A stretch of 64,000 nucleotides of DNA from Acidobacteriota bacterium (GTDB lineage Bacteria; Acidobacteriota; UBA890; WLXD01), in NCBI GenBank assembly GCA_965205505.1, contig CBDBHB010000009.1, positions 2,976,001 to 3,040,000 of the forward strand, read 5' to 3'. Under the pieces are notes generated by a model, which saw only the letters and a program-made list of their open reading frames with translations, did not search any database and was not told the DNA's origin. Numbering within the stretch: the first letter of the stretch is position 1; each line of letters begins with the position of its first letter. Both the position numbers and the translations under genes were made by a program. Of the stretch, positions 19,651 to 31,483 are shown in pieces.

Positions 19651-21323
19651 CTACCGTTCGAAGACGACCTCTCCACCGACGATGGTGGCGTCCACCGAGA
19701 CGTCGAACAACTCCTCGCCGCGCAGGGCCGTCGGGTCCGCCGACAACACAGCGAAGTCACCCAGCTTGCCGACCGCTATCGAACCCTTGTCCTGTTCCTC
19801 GAAGCCGGCACGCGCCGCCCAGATGGTGTGCATCCGGAGCGCGTTCTCGAAGCTCAACTCTTCCCCGGGCGGCGTGCCGCCACCGGCCTCCGGTGAAGCC
19901 ATCAAAGAGCCGATCGCGCCCAGCGGACTAAAGATCGGCACCGTCCCGGTAGCATCCGACACCGCCACCGGACGGACGTTCTCCTCGACCAGCGTCCGGT
20001 ATCTCGGCACCCGGCGCGGTTCGGCTCGTAGCTCGGTGGCTCGTTGCTGCTGCGGTGTGATCACCGGGATCAGGCCCAGCGTCGTCAGACGCCGGATGCG
20101 ATCGAGGTCTTCGACGTCGCCGCCATGTTCGAGCCGATGGCGCATCGGAGTCGGATCCCGCGCCAGCGCCGCCTCGACCGCCGCCTCTGCCGCCTGGTGC
20201 GCGTCGTCCGTGATGACGTGCATCATCAGCTGGACCCTGGCAGCGTGAGCCCTGAAGACAAACTCGTCGAGCTCGTCCTGGGTCCACTTGAAGTCGGTGA
20301 AGCGGCGCCCGAGGCCGTCGCTCCCGGCACCGTCGACAAAGATCTTGACGCCACCGAAGCGAAACATGTCGGTGCCGAAACCCGATTCGAGCCCCATCGC
20401 CAGAAAGTCATCCAGCGAGAACAAATGCGGGAGATGATAGTAGGCGCGGAAACGGATCGGCAGCTCGCCCGTCGCCTGTACCGCCTGGTCGGCGCGCAGA
20501 TCGGTGCCCGCCAGCGGCAACGTGTGGATCGAGGTGATCCCCTTGGCGACGAACAGCTCCATCGCATACGCCCGGATCGAGGCTTCGACCTCGTCGACCG
20601 TGTAGGGTGGTGGCATCGTCCAGATCTCGGTGGCGATCCCCGTCGGAACGCCCGAGGCATCGCGGTGCACCAGCGCTCCGCGCGGCACCTTGTCATCGTT
20701 GGCCCAGAGATCGAGCTCCCTGAGGCCACGCGTGTTGACCATGGCGACGTGGAACCCGGCATAGAGGATCAGCGGGTGATCCTCGGTTACCGCGTCCAGC
20801 TCCTGGCGCAGCGGAAGGTGGCCCTCCTCGACACGATCGGCCATGCCGAAGGAGCCACGTCCGATGATCCACCGCCCCGCCGGGCTCGCGGCCGCCTTCG
20901 CTCGAAGGGCGTCCTTGATCTGCCGTAGGCTGGTGAAGGGTGGCGTGTGACAGGCGACGTGATACACGTTGGCATTGCAGGCCATCTCGAAGTGGACATG
21001 GGCATCGACAAACCCTGGCACCACCCCGCGACCCGCGGCATCGAAGATCGGCGCGTTCCCGGCCGCCGATCGCACCTCGTCGTTGCTGCCCACGAGTGCG
21101 ATCCGGCCGTTCCTCACCAACACCGCCTGCGCCTGCGATTGGTCGGGCTCCAGCGTCACCAGTCGGGCGTTGACCAGCGCCAGGTCCCGCTGCCACCGTC
21201 CCCCTGCCCCAGCCCCAGCCGCGGCGGCTGTGGAGCCCTGTGGCCCGGCGGGGGTACAGGCGGTGGGAATGACCGCACCGATACCGGCCGCGGCGCCTGC
21301 TCGGAGAAACTCGCGTCGTTTCA
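19651..21323 (-). CDS. amidohydrolase 3 with Tat signal
   Basis: KRREFLRAGAAAG Tat motif, PGFVDAHVH, KIFVDG, RHRLEH, GKLGDF. GTG start after GAGAGG preferred over 21414. Confidence 0.9.
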
Positions 21324-21340
21324 CGGTGCACCTCTCAGCA

Positions 21341-21442
21341 GGGATTTCCCAGCTAGGTCGTGGCCAGTCACGTTCTTGGTTTTGGTCAACATCAGAACGC
21401 CGGGATTCAACCACTGATTTACGAGCTTCTCAACGGATTTGC
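21341..21442. repeat. ~100-bp dispersed repeat, copy 1 (copy 2 at 63401-63502)
   Basis: GGGATTTCCCAG..AGTCACGTTC.TGG.TTTGGTCA..ATC...ACGCC.GGATTCAACCAC shared in the same orientation. Confidence 0.65.
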
Positions 21443-21472
21443 TGCGCAATCGATAGCCAGTGGACTGCAACA

Positions 21473-21542
21473 GCCGAATCGGTGAGCATGTTTGCTGATT
21501 CGTAATCAGCAGGTTCGGTGTTCAAGTCCCCGCTCCGACTCC
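21473..21542 (+). pseudogene. att site 2: degenerate tRNA-Thr(CGT)
   Basis: Intact anticodon arm GCTGA-TTCGTAA-TCAGC, mismatched T-arm GTTCAAGTCC and acceptor, D-arm relic TCGGTGAGCA. Confidence 0.75.
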
Positions 21543-21699
21543 TTATAAACCCTTGTTATTCAATAGTTTGGGGATAATTTTGTTGACGCCTCCTGAGAAA
21601 GTAATCGGCGGAGCAACCGTGGAGCAACTATACGGATTCGCTTTGCAGGCCAGGACCGAGCCCAAAACACGGCTGCTGCGCGAATCGGCGTCCTCGCGC

Positions 21700-21925
21700 T
21701 CGGGCGTACTCGGCCGGCGGAGCAGATAGAAAAGTAGAGGCGCGTGTCGGTGTCGAGGTCCGAGAGCAGCCGCTGCCAGCGGCCGAGCACCCGGTCGATC
21801 TGCTCGCTCGGGCGAACGCCCATCCACCAAGGCGGGCTCCAGCCGTCCGGCCGCGATCAGCTTGCCGGAGCGGGTTAGGCATTTGCCGCGCCCATCGCCA
21901 TCCCGAGACCGAAGATGATCCCGGT
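21700..21925 (-). pseudogene. possible VirB2/TrbC and VirB4/TrbE fragments
   Basis: GIIFGLGMAMGAAN (pilin-like) followed by EQIDRVLGRWQRLLSDLDTDTRLYF(YLLRR). Confidence 0.35.
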
Positions 21926-22411
21926 GTCACCGGCCTCAAGGAGAGCGTGCGCCGGCCCCTGGCCAGTCACGCACGGCCTCAGCGGGAAACTCGGGTCCAT
22001 TATCGGAACGGATGTCGGTAGGAATGCCACGGTGCACGAACAGCTTGCCGAGCCGGATACACGGCTCGCGGCTGGCAGCGTCGATCTGGTCCTTCGCCGA
22101 CGCGACCGTAGCCATGAACGAGGCACCCTGACATGGCAGGGTCGCGGCTCATGTCGGGGCTCGTATCCGACGTGTTCTGCCTGTTCGGCAACGAGCAGCG
22201 GGCTCTCGATGTGCGACGCCGTCTCCACGGTTCCCGCTTATTTCCGTGGGATCCACGGTGTTGTATTAAGCGGGTAGCCCGGTTCCACGAATGGGAACCG
22301 GACAGTCGATTGGTGTGCGACGCTGAGCCTACGAGCCGCCCCGTGGAACTTCAACCCCAGGTGCAAGTCGAGCCTTCGGCCGTGAGTTGGCACCACTGAG
22401 ACTCGCGCGAC

Positions 22412-23040
22412 CTAGACCGGTCGTGCGAACTCCACGACGCTCGCGCCGCTCTCGTTTTTCCTGGGCTTGCCGTGCACTGAGACGATGCTGCTCACGAGTA
22501 TACGAGGGAGGTTGATGTCGCTTGCAAACTCGCCGATATTGCCGCCGTAGCGTTTGTCAAGTAATACCCTCAGTGCTCGTGGCCGCTCGGGAGGAATCAG
22601 GTTATCTCCGGGCTCGACCGCGTTGATTCCGCCCCAGAGCTTTCCGTACTTGATGTACAGGTATCTAGCCATCGTCTGCCTGGCCATCCCGTGCGGGGAA
22701 CTAGGGAGCGCCTTCGACGCGTTCGTTGTGCGCGTAAACCGGCGCCCAGTGATTGTTCTGAATCCTGAGATGCCTGTGGCTCGGGTCCGGGCAACGGTTG
22801 CGCATGAGGTAGGCCACTACATCTTGAATCACTCGCCTGGTTTCGGAACCCGAAAGGAAAACGAGGACGAAGCATGGCTATTCGCCGCCGAGTTCCTGTT
22901 TCCGGAGGAGTCGGCCCGCTCCGAGATACTAGAACCGGTCACACTGTCGGGCTTGGCTGATCTGAAACCGCGATGGGGCGTGTCTATCAAGTTCCTTATC
23001 AAGCTTGCCGACTCTCTCGGCATCATCAAGAACCACCTCC
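22412..23040. pseudogene. ImmA/IrrE-type Zn peptidase in two back-to-back pieces
   Basis: + strand: FDAF..RPVIVLN..RVRATVAHEVGHY..EDEAWLFAAEFLFP..LKPRWGVS. - strand 22412-22672: ARYLYIKY..EPGD..PPERPRAL, typical of the C-terminal part. Confidence 0.65.
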
Positions 23041-23839
23041 GCCGCCTCTCGAACGGCGTATCGGCCACCATGTCACCAGGCTCGCGGCAGCCGTTCGGCT
23101 CCGGCGCAAACGTATGCAGCATGCCGGCCCAATGGCCGACCTCGTGAACTATTGTGTCGCCCTCGTTGTAGAACCGGATCTTGCCCCCCGGCAGCGTCGA
23201 GTAGTGCACCGTGACGCCATCCCACCACCTGCCTGTCGAGCCCTTCGGGTAGTAGGCGTACCCAAGAAATCTCTTCAGGCTACACGTGTAGATATTCAGA
23301 TTCCGCGCGGTGTCTACTGCCAGCGCTTGCTTCGCCTGGCGCTCCGCCCCGGGCTTGTAGCACCGCCGCGACCAGAACTTCTTGTTCGTGTACGTGATGC
23401 CGGCGAGCGTGAAGGTGAGCCCGTGCCGCTTGAGGGATGCGTTCAGCACGTCCATCTGCTCCTCGATTGCCGCCTCCGAAACGCGGCCAACGTCCGCGCC
23501 CTTCTTTCTGTGGTACAGCACGTGAAACCACACTGGCACCTCGGTAGGTGCGGCGCGGTCGTCCGGTAGATAAGCAACGGGGTCCAGCGGCCCCGTATAA
23601 GGCGGCGTACCGCAGCGATTGCCTGGCCGCTGCCGGCCGATCTCGTCAACGAGCATAACGTCCGGCTGCAGCTCCTCGCGGTACTGCGCAGCGATCTGCG
23701 GCTCGCGGTCCGGACCTCGTTCCTGCGCAGCGACGGCCAGGCTGCCGGCCGCCAGAAACACCACCGCAGCCGCGGCTCTTGTACCGGGTTTCGTGAACGC
23801 CGCGATCAGCGTTTCGACTTTACCCTCAAGACGGTCCAT
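23040..23839 (-). pseudogene. M43 (pappalysin/ulilysin-like) metalloprotease, C-terminally truncated
   Basis: RCGT prodomain Cys, VPVWFHV, LGYAYYP, HEVGHWAGMLHTF, GDMVADTP, then abrupt break. Confidence 0.8.
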
Positions 23840-24137
23840 GCGGTCACGCAGGCTTGCGATGACTGGTGGTGGATTGATGGGAGATTTCACTCGTAGTCCG
23901 GAATGTACTTGCGGCCCCGCGCGAATCGCAACCACGCGCTCGCGAAATGAGCACTAGGCGCGCCGAGTGAGCGGATTGCGGACGGAGCGTTACTGGCCGA
24001 AGCGCAGCCGTGCCACAGCACCCCGCGTGGCGACCTCGCCGCGAGCGTAGCGTGCGGGCATGGCTGGCGAGAGCCAGCGTCCTGCCTGCTGCATCTCAAC
24101 CAGGGAAGCGCCCGCGGCGGCGAGGTCCAATCCGACA

Positions 24138-24380
24138 CTGGAGGAACGCGAGCGCTTGAACGAAGCAGAGCGACGCTACCGCGAATCGCTCAAGCGGTTC
24201 GTATGGCAGCCCGACGACGTGACGGTGTGTGACCCGACACCGGAGGAACGAATATCCGAAGAGGAGAGGCAGCTCCTTCTGGAGCGCATGCGGCGTGCGA
24301 GAGAGAGGCAGGATCGTATGGAGCGCGAGGCCCGGCAGGCGGCTCGTGACCGGTTCACCAACGGCGGGCCCCGCGAATGA
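24138..24380 (+). CDS. small charged helical hypothetical protein
   Basis: Coiled-coil-like ORF; start uncertain. Confidence 0.3.
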   Translation: MEERERLNEAERRYRESLKRFVWQPDDVTVCDPTPEERISEEERQLLLERMRRARERQDRMEREARQAARDRFTNGGPRE

Positions 24381-24668
24381 CGACCCAGCGCCTCATGCGC
24401 CGATCTCGCGCACCCGGCCGCAGCATCGAGGCCCCACGATGCGCGCCGGCCCCACGAAAGGAAAATCGTACCCGCACCGGTACCGGCGCGCCTGCATGAC
24501 ACCCGTCGCGGCCACCAGCGGATGTCAGCCTGCATCGAGGCTACACCCGCACGCCGCTACGAGGCCCTGGGCAGCCCGTTTTTTTGCCCTATGTGGATCT
24601 TGCTGCGATATGCATGGAGCCGCGACACTTGGATACCCTCCTGTCCGCTTTAGTGTCCGGCCGCGCCT

Positions 24669-27600
24669 CTATGCGATAGGAATCAGGGACCTGCTGGCGG
24701 CATCAACGCAACGCAGGAGGTCGTCTTTCGCGAGCGGGACTAGGCGCATTCTCGCCTTCAAGCTGTTCTTCAGGCATTCGACAACCCTCATGCGACTCCT
24801 TCCGGCCAGAAGTACTCGGAGGCAGAGTTGCAACACCTCGGCTTGCTTATTGGGTAGGAGCCTACGGACCCAAACGTCCTTCAAGACTTCGGCGGCCACG
24901 CCTATTGCAGCCGTTTCCGAACAACTTCCGGTTCCCAGGGTACCCAGGGCTGTGGTAACCACCGGGGTTGAGTTCCAGTCGGCCTGTTCCAGTATCCAGA
25001 TGAGATCGGTTGCGTTGATCTCCACGAATCGATAGCCCCACCCAGCCAACTTCCTCGCGACGTCACGGTAATCTGCCTCGTCGAATCGACCCGCCATGCG
25101 CAGGTGACGCAACAACGCCTGCGTCCATGTGCTTCTGACCCCGAGTTCGCTTTCAGCCAACAGCCTCAGCCCCAGGTCATCGGTGAGCAGCGGCAGTTCG
25201 AGTTCTTTGGCCACCAACGCTGACGCGATAGACGTCGCGCCGAAGGCCTCGTGCATTACCTCTACCCGTTCTTGTGCGATCTCAAGTCGAGCGTTCGCCG
25301 GAGCCTTTTGGCAGCGCTCCACCAGGATGCGTGCTCGCCCCATCAACTCGATGCCAGGATCAAGCTGATCGTGATCGATCATGTAGTAGCCCTCGGCGTT
25401 CTTCCCGATCACTCCCTGGGGGTTACCGATTAACCGTCGATTGGAGTGCCATGCGTTGATCTCATCAAACACATGCTGGGCGATGTAGATCCTGTCGAAC
25501 GCATCGACCAGTACGTCCTCCAGCCTCAGCATCACGACCGTGAGGAGCGCCGTCGTATCAACGACCACGGTGCTCTGGGCGGACGCCTTGTCCGCCCGCT
25601 CGAACTCTTCAGCTGTTCCGACTGCCGCGATCATTAACTCGCCCGGCGTGCCAGCAAGACCGAGCCACGTTTCGACAAGTGACCTGCCGGCCAGATTGGC
25701 AAGCGTCTCGACGGCAATTCGCCGACTCTGGTACAACTGCTTGAGAGCAACCATCTGTTCGTGCTGAGCGTCCACGAGTTCGAGCACGGTGGAATGGTCA
25801 GCGGATACGTCGAACCTCCGTATGGCGCGGCTCTGCGGGAACCACTCGGCGAACCGGTCAAGAGTCTCCTGGTAGGCGTGGACGTAGCTGCTTTTGAGTT
25901 CGATCACCGTAGCGGTGATCTGGCCGATGCCCTCTTGAACCGGAACCGAATCGCCTACGGAGACACCCGCCAGACGTTGGCCTTGTGGCGAGGAGACGGC
26001 GATCCGGTCGCGAAGGAGGTCGGCCTCAGCGTCCTCCACGAGATGGAAAGAACGGGCGGTTGTTCGGCCCTCCTCTTGCAAGACCACGGTCGTGCCAACG
26101 CCGGCGACAGCGGGGACTTCTATCGCCTCGTCACCAGCGACCCCAGAAGCCCGGAACAACTGAACGTACGCCAGATGCAGGTTCGACTCGCAGCTCTTTG
26201 CGAGGTCGCGGGCTCGAAATGCTGACCTGACCCCACGGTTAGTACCACGTCTTATCTCAGTAACTCGGTGCTGACAAGGGGTTGTTGAGGCCGGCGAAGC
26301 GGAGCGTAGCCGGCTTCAACAACAGCGCCTCCGGGGCCGGTGGTCGGTAGCCCAACGAGCTGTGCGGTCGCATGCGGTTGTACTGCTGCCTCCATCTCTC
26401 GATCAGAACCTTTGCCTCCTTGAGCGTGTAGAAGATCTCGCCGTTGAGCAGCTCGTCTCGGAGCTTGCCGTTGAAGCTCTCCACGTAGCCGTTCTCCCAC
26501 GGCGAGCCCGGCTCGATGAACAGCGTGCCCACACCGAGCCTACCGAGCCAGTCGCGAACCGCCTCGGCGGTGAACTCCGGTCCGTTATCGGACCGGATGT
26601 GCTCAGGTATGCCCCGGTGCACGAACAACCACCCGAGCCGCTCGAGCACGTCCTCACAGTTGAGCTTCCGTGCCACGTCGATCGCCAGGCTTTCTCGTGT
26701 GTACTCATCGACGATCGTCAGCAGCCTCATAGCCCGACCCTCGTGCGTCCGGTGATGAACGAAGTCATACGCCCAGACGTGATCTTTGCGCTGTGGTCGC
26801 AGCCGGATGCACGAGCCATCGCTGAGCCACAGCCGGGCTCGTTTGGGCTGCTTTGTCGGTACTTTCAGCCCCTCACGCCTCCAGATACGCTGCACTCGTT
26901 TGTGGTTCACCCACCAGCCCTCCATACGCAACAACGCCGTCACTCGCCGATACCCGTAGCGCCCGTATTGTCGGGCTAGATCCACGATCCGCTCCGTCAA
27001 CATCTGCTCATCGCCCGGTTCTCTTGGCATGTACCTGTGTGTCGTGCGTGGTTGTTTCAGTACCCGGCACGCCCGCCTCTCGGAGACGCCCAGCCGCCCC
27101 CGTACATGCGCCACCGCCTCGCGCCGTCGAGCTGGGCTCAGAAGTTTCCCTCCGCGACTTCCTTCAGGATCGACAGGTCGAGCTCTTTCTCCGCCACCAG
27201 TTTCTTGAGCCGGGCGTTTTCTTTCTCCAGCTGCTTGAGCCTTCTGGCCTGGTTGACCTTCAGCCCCCCGTACTCCCGCCGCCACCGATAGTAGGTGTGC
27301 TCGGTGATCGCTAGCTTGCGGCAGGCATCCTTGACCGTCCCGCCTTGCGCCTGCTCCACTTCAGCCTCCCGGAGCTTGCGTACGATCTGCTCGGCGCTGT
27401 GCCTCTTCGTCGGCATTCTGACCTCCCCTTTTCGACCCAGATCGTGAGATTACCTCTGGATCCGTTTTGGGGGGTCAGGTCAATGCAATCGGCAGAACAC
27501 CACCTAGATTGAGAAGGGAACGCAGTTGGCCAACCCTAACGAGTAAGTCAGGGTCGTCCCACATCAACTCGTGAGCGATGCCGTCGACTACCTCCGCCGC

Positions 27601-29671
27601 GTCCTCGGTGCCCCCATTCCGATAGTGGAGTTCGGCAAGTTCGAGTCTTTGAAGCACTCCGTCGCCACCTTCCTCCTTCAGTAGTTCGATGGCCGCAGAC
27701 AAATCGCCTGTGTAACTGAGGATAGCGACCTCGACCTGCAGGACAGCCCAGGAGATTGAACCGGCTTCTCGCAGAGACAGACAGAGATCACGGGCTGCTC
27801 CAAGCTCACCGGCGTTGTAAAGAGCCAACAGGTAGGCCCTGGAAGTCTCGTTCTCGGAGGAAGTATCGGCAGAGAGTTCATAGAAGGGAATGGCGTCGGC
27901 ATAACGACCTGCTTGATTGAGAAGTTGGGCGAACTCCAGGGCAATCCGAGCCCTTGCTGGCCCCGAGGCTCTGTCAAACGCCTGCTGGAAGTACTGCGCC
28001 GCTTCCTCGTAGCGACTGACCCTGCCCAGATGCCGCGCGTGAACCGCGATCGCTCGAGGGTCGTCTGGGAATGTCTTCGCGAGTTCGTCGAGGACTCGCT
28101 TTATGGAGTCATCATCGCTGATAGCCTCGTAAGCCTCGCATAGAAGGTCTGCGTAAATCAGCTGAACGGATTTATCGGACGGCGCATCTCGGATCGGTAC
28201 GAGGAGTTGTATCGCGTCCTGCGGTCGATTCGCCTGGACGTACGCATGTGCCAGAGGGATCTGGTTGTGTTGTGTCTCTTCGCCGGTCACCGCTTCGAGA
28301 ACTTCGATTGCCTCGCCGGGGCGCCCTTCTCGCAGTAAGAGTGCGCCCAGGGCGGATAATGCTGCCGAGTCTGTCGCATCCGCCGTGAGCATACTGTCTA
28401 TATCTCGGCGAGCCCCTTCAGGATCGGTACGTAGAACACGTATCGCAACCCTGTTCTGTAATGCCTCGCGACGCAGGGCACCGTCGTCCTGGTCTGCCAC
28501 CGCGTCGATCGCCTGGGTGACCAATTCCTCCGCTTCGCCGAGCCGATTTCGGATCTCCTCCTGCCAGGGCAGCCCTATCGCGTTGGCCAGAGAACGCTGA
28601 ATTGGGGCCACGATCGCGCCCGCAAGAGCAAGAAGCGCGTTGGGCGTCCGTTCACCTCTCTCTACCGATCGGCGGCAGGCTCTCCTCAGCCGCCTCATAC
28701 TTCCCTTGCCTCCGGTGATGCTGTCCCAACGCCAGGCCTGCAAGCGGACAATCCGCAATGCCCGGATTCTGCTCGACGAACGAGTTGACCGCTTCGATCT
28801 CCCCGAGTTCTGACAGCGAATCAATGAGCAGCGCCGCGGCTTGGTCATTTCCGGGCTCGTCGTCGAGTACACTCTGGGCGAGTGTCCTCGCTCGTTCTGC
28901 ATTACCGTCGATGAGTTCGCCGAACGCGGCATTGCTGCGAGCCACGGCGTCGTCCGGTTGCAACTCTAGTGCGAGTCGCGTCTGCTCGGTAGCCACGTTC
29001 CGATCACCCAGCCGAGCGGCGCAAGCTGCCCGCTGGGTCGCGAGGCGGAAGGCAACGTCGGGTTCGGCCGATGGATCCAGTACAGCGGCGACTTCATCTA
29101 GAACCTCCCGTGCGGCGAGGAGCTTGCCAGAATCAATCAACAGATTGGCCGTGTCCAGCTGAGTGTCTAGCTCCGACCGTGAACCGGCTTCGGTCTTAGA
29201 TTAGCGTACAGCCAAGAGACTAGTGATCTTGTTCAGCTGCAAAAGTACTAGTTCGTCCCGATCCTTGGACTCTGCGTGGAGCCCTTCCATCCGCTTAACT
29301 GGATACGTGCCCTCCGTCGTGACGAACCCGACTTGAAGGTTTTGAAAAAATGCGTGGATGACCCTGCCGACCGCAGCCTGGTCGTGCCCTGTCTTTGATG
29401 CCTCTAGGAAGTCCTTCACGACCGATTCGTCTACGGGAACGGACTTTCCCGCGGAGAACCTCTTAAGTAGGCGGAAGAACGCTGCCGAATTGCACCACCT
29501 CTGGAGGTCCGTTCTAACGCCTTCGTACCCGTACTCCTCGAACATCTGGGCGTCTGTGGCGTGAATCGCCCGCACGACGGGTTCATCGGCAACGAAGTGT
29601 TGGATCCCGATACTGGCGACCCTGGCCAGCACGGCGCCGCCTATTCCTTCGCTGAGAATTAGCATATCCAA
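24669..29671 (-). pseudogene. TPR + GreA/B-C + PIN conflict-system protein (~1245 aa reconstructed), disrupted
   Basis: N-domain, in-frame TAA at 29201, TPR repeats, +1 frameshift at ~28676, IS3 insertion. Removing the IS restores the frame (LPIA-FRARD). C-term SSPQGQRLAGVSVGDSV (GreA/B-C) and VVVDTTALL...LLTDDLGLR (PIN). Confidence 0.85.
26223..27482 (-). mobile_element. IS3-family element, complete (orfA 27138-27416, orfB to 26257)
   Basis: TIRs TGACCTGACCCC, 4-bp TSD ATGC, rve motifs [22 protein letters not shown]. Confidence 0.95.
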
Positions 29672-29692
29672 ATAGTATTAACTAATGATGCA

Positions 29693-29746
29693 GGTTTTTT
29701 GCCTAGCTGATTGTCTCTGGATGAGGCATAAGGCTAGATCGAGACC
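29693..29746. mobile_element. IS1595-end-derived mini element
   Basis: GCCTAGCTGA..GTCTCTGGATGAGGCATAAGGCTA matches the reverse complement of 38225-38262; imperfect terminal inverted repeat. Confidence 0.55.
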
Positions 29747-30030
29747 GACTGGCAGTGGTCGTAGCGAACACCTGCTGATGGATCTCACCCCAATGCACGT
29801 TGCCGTCAGATACGGAGCTGACGTCGATGTAGCCGAAGCTAAAGTCCATCTGCGTTTTGGCACCCAGCGACTCGGGGTTAATGCCGGCTGCTTCGTCGAG
29901 CCGGACCCGCCTCCAAGCCACCGGCACTTGGCGCGGAGCGCTATGCATAGCCCAGCACCTCAAGGAACCCGTCCATCTGATCCTTGGCGTCGTCCCGCTC
30001 GCCCTCGATGTCCCGCGCGCGGCTTGTGGG
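29747..30030 (-). pseudogene. type I R-M remnant: hsdM 3' end and hsdS 5' end
   Basis: ERDDAKDQMDGFLEVLGYA* overlapping MHS..WRRVRLDEAAGINPESLG..FGYIDVSSV. Confidence 0.65.
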
Positions 30031-30067
30031 CTCTGCGTGCCGATCCTCGGTGCAAGGTCGAGTTACT

Positions 30068-31483
30068 GGCGTCGAGACTACAACTACGTCAGGCCGCACA
30101 GCTCACTGGACGACCTGACTCCACACGAGTTCGCCGCGGCAGCGCAACTCCAGCAGCCTCCGGCTGCTTCCGTTGCCCCGCCGTCGGCGAACCGATAACA
30201 CCCCTGTGTTCGTGACCCAAACCCCGAAAACGGTGCCAGGTTGATGTTTAGGAAATCGGTGTACCGTCGTCCTCCAAGCAGGAGGACAGATGAAGCGGAA
30301 GAGGTACACGGACGAGCAGATCGCCTACGCGCTGCGGCAGGCTGAGGCGGGCACGCCGATCAAGGAGGTGTGTCGCAAGCTGGGCGTCAGCGAGCAGACG
30401 TTCTACACGTGGCGCCGCAAGTTCGCCGGGATGGGCGTGGCCGAACTTCGGGAGCTACGACAACTCCGCCATGAGAACCGGAAGTTGAAGCAGCTGGTGG
30501 CAGATCTGAGCTTGGACAAGCACATGCTCCAGGAGGTGCTGTCAAAAAAGGTGTAAAGCCGGCGCGCAAGCGCGAGGTGGTGCGGTACCTGCAGGACGGG
30601 TTCCGTGTCAGTGAGCGTCGAGCGTGTCGGCTGATCGAGTTGTCGCGCACCAGCCATCGGTATCAGAGCACAAGGACGGACGACCCCGTGCTGCGGCGTC
30701 GTCTTGGCGAGCTCGCCGCGGCGCGTCCGCGGTTCGGGTATCGGAGGTTGTGCGTGTTGCTACGCCGCGAGGGATGGGTAGTGAACCAGAAGCGCGTGTA
30801 TCGGATCTATCGAGAGGAGGGGCTGGAGGTACGGACCAAAAAGCGACGGCGCAAGCGGGCGAGTCACATACGGCTTGTGCTGCCGCCCGCAGAGCGGCCC
30901 AACGAGCGCTGGAGCATGGACTTCGTGACCGATCGGCTCGAGAGTGGCCGGCCGTTTCGGGTGCTGACGGTGGTCGATCAGTTTAGCCGTGAATGTCCGT
31001 TACTTGAGCCGGGCGTGTCGATGACCGGCAAGGCGGTGGCTGGAGCACTCGAGCGGCTGTCGTTTGCCGGGCCGTTGCCACGGGTCATCACCGTCGACAA
31101 TGGCTCAGAATTCTACTCCCAGGCGATGGACTCCTGGGCGTACCGAAGAGGCGTGCAGTTGGAGTTCATTCGGCCGGGAAAGCCCGTGGAGAATGCGTTC
31201 ATCGAGAGTTTCAACGGACGGCTTCGCGACGAATGCCTCAACGCCAACCTGTTCTTCTCGATCGATGACGCGCGCCGAAAACTGGAGGCTTGGAGGCTTG
31301 ATTACAATACCCACAGACCACACAGCTCACTGAACGATCGAACTCCTACGGAGTTCGCCAGGGGCTGGCAACCGGAGGCTTCGGAACACCGAATCCTAAA
31401 CCTCTGACTGGTACTGATTTCGGGGTGGGGTCATTCGGTCCGAGACTCTCACTTCCAGTGGACCAGAAAAGGGGGGCAGGTCA
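30068..31483 (+). mobile_element. older IS3 3' remnant interrupted by a second IS3
   Basis: WRRDYNYVRPHSSLDDLTPHEF at 30068-30140; its right end GGACCAGAAAAGGGGGGCAGGTCA resumes at 31438-31483. Confidence 0.7.
30213..31433 (+). mobile_element. IS3-family (IS407-like) element, complete (orfA 30290-30556, orfB to 31407)
   Basis: TIRs TGACCC..ACCCCGAAA..GT.CCAG, TSD TTCG, A6G slippery site at ~30544, DDE motifs. Confidence 0.95.
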
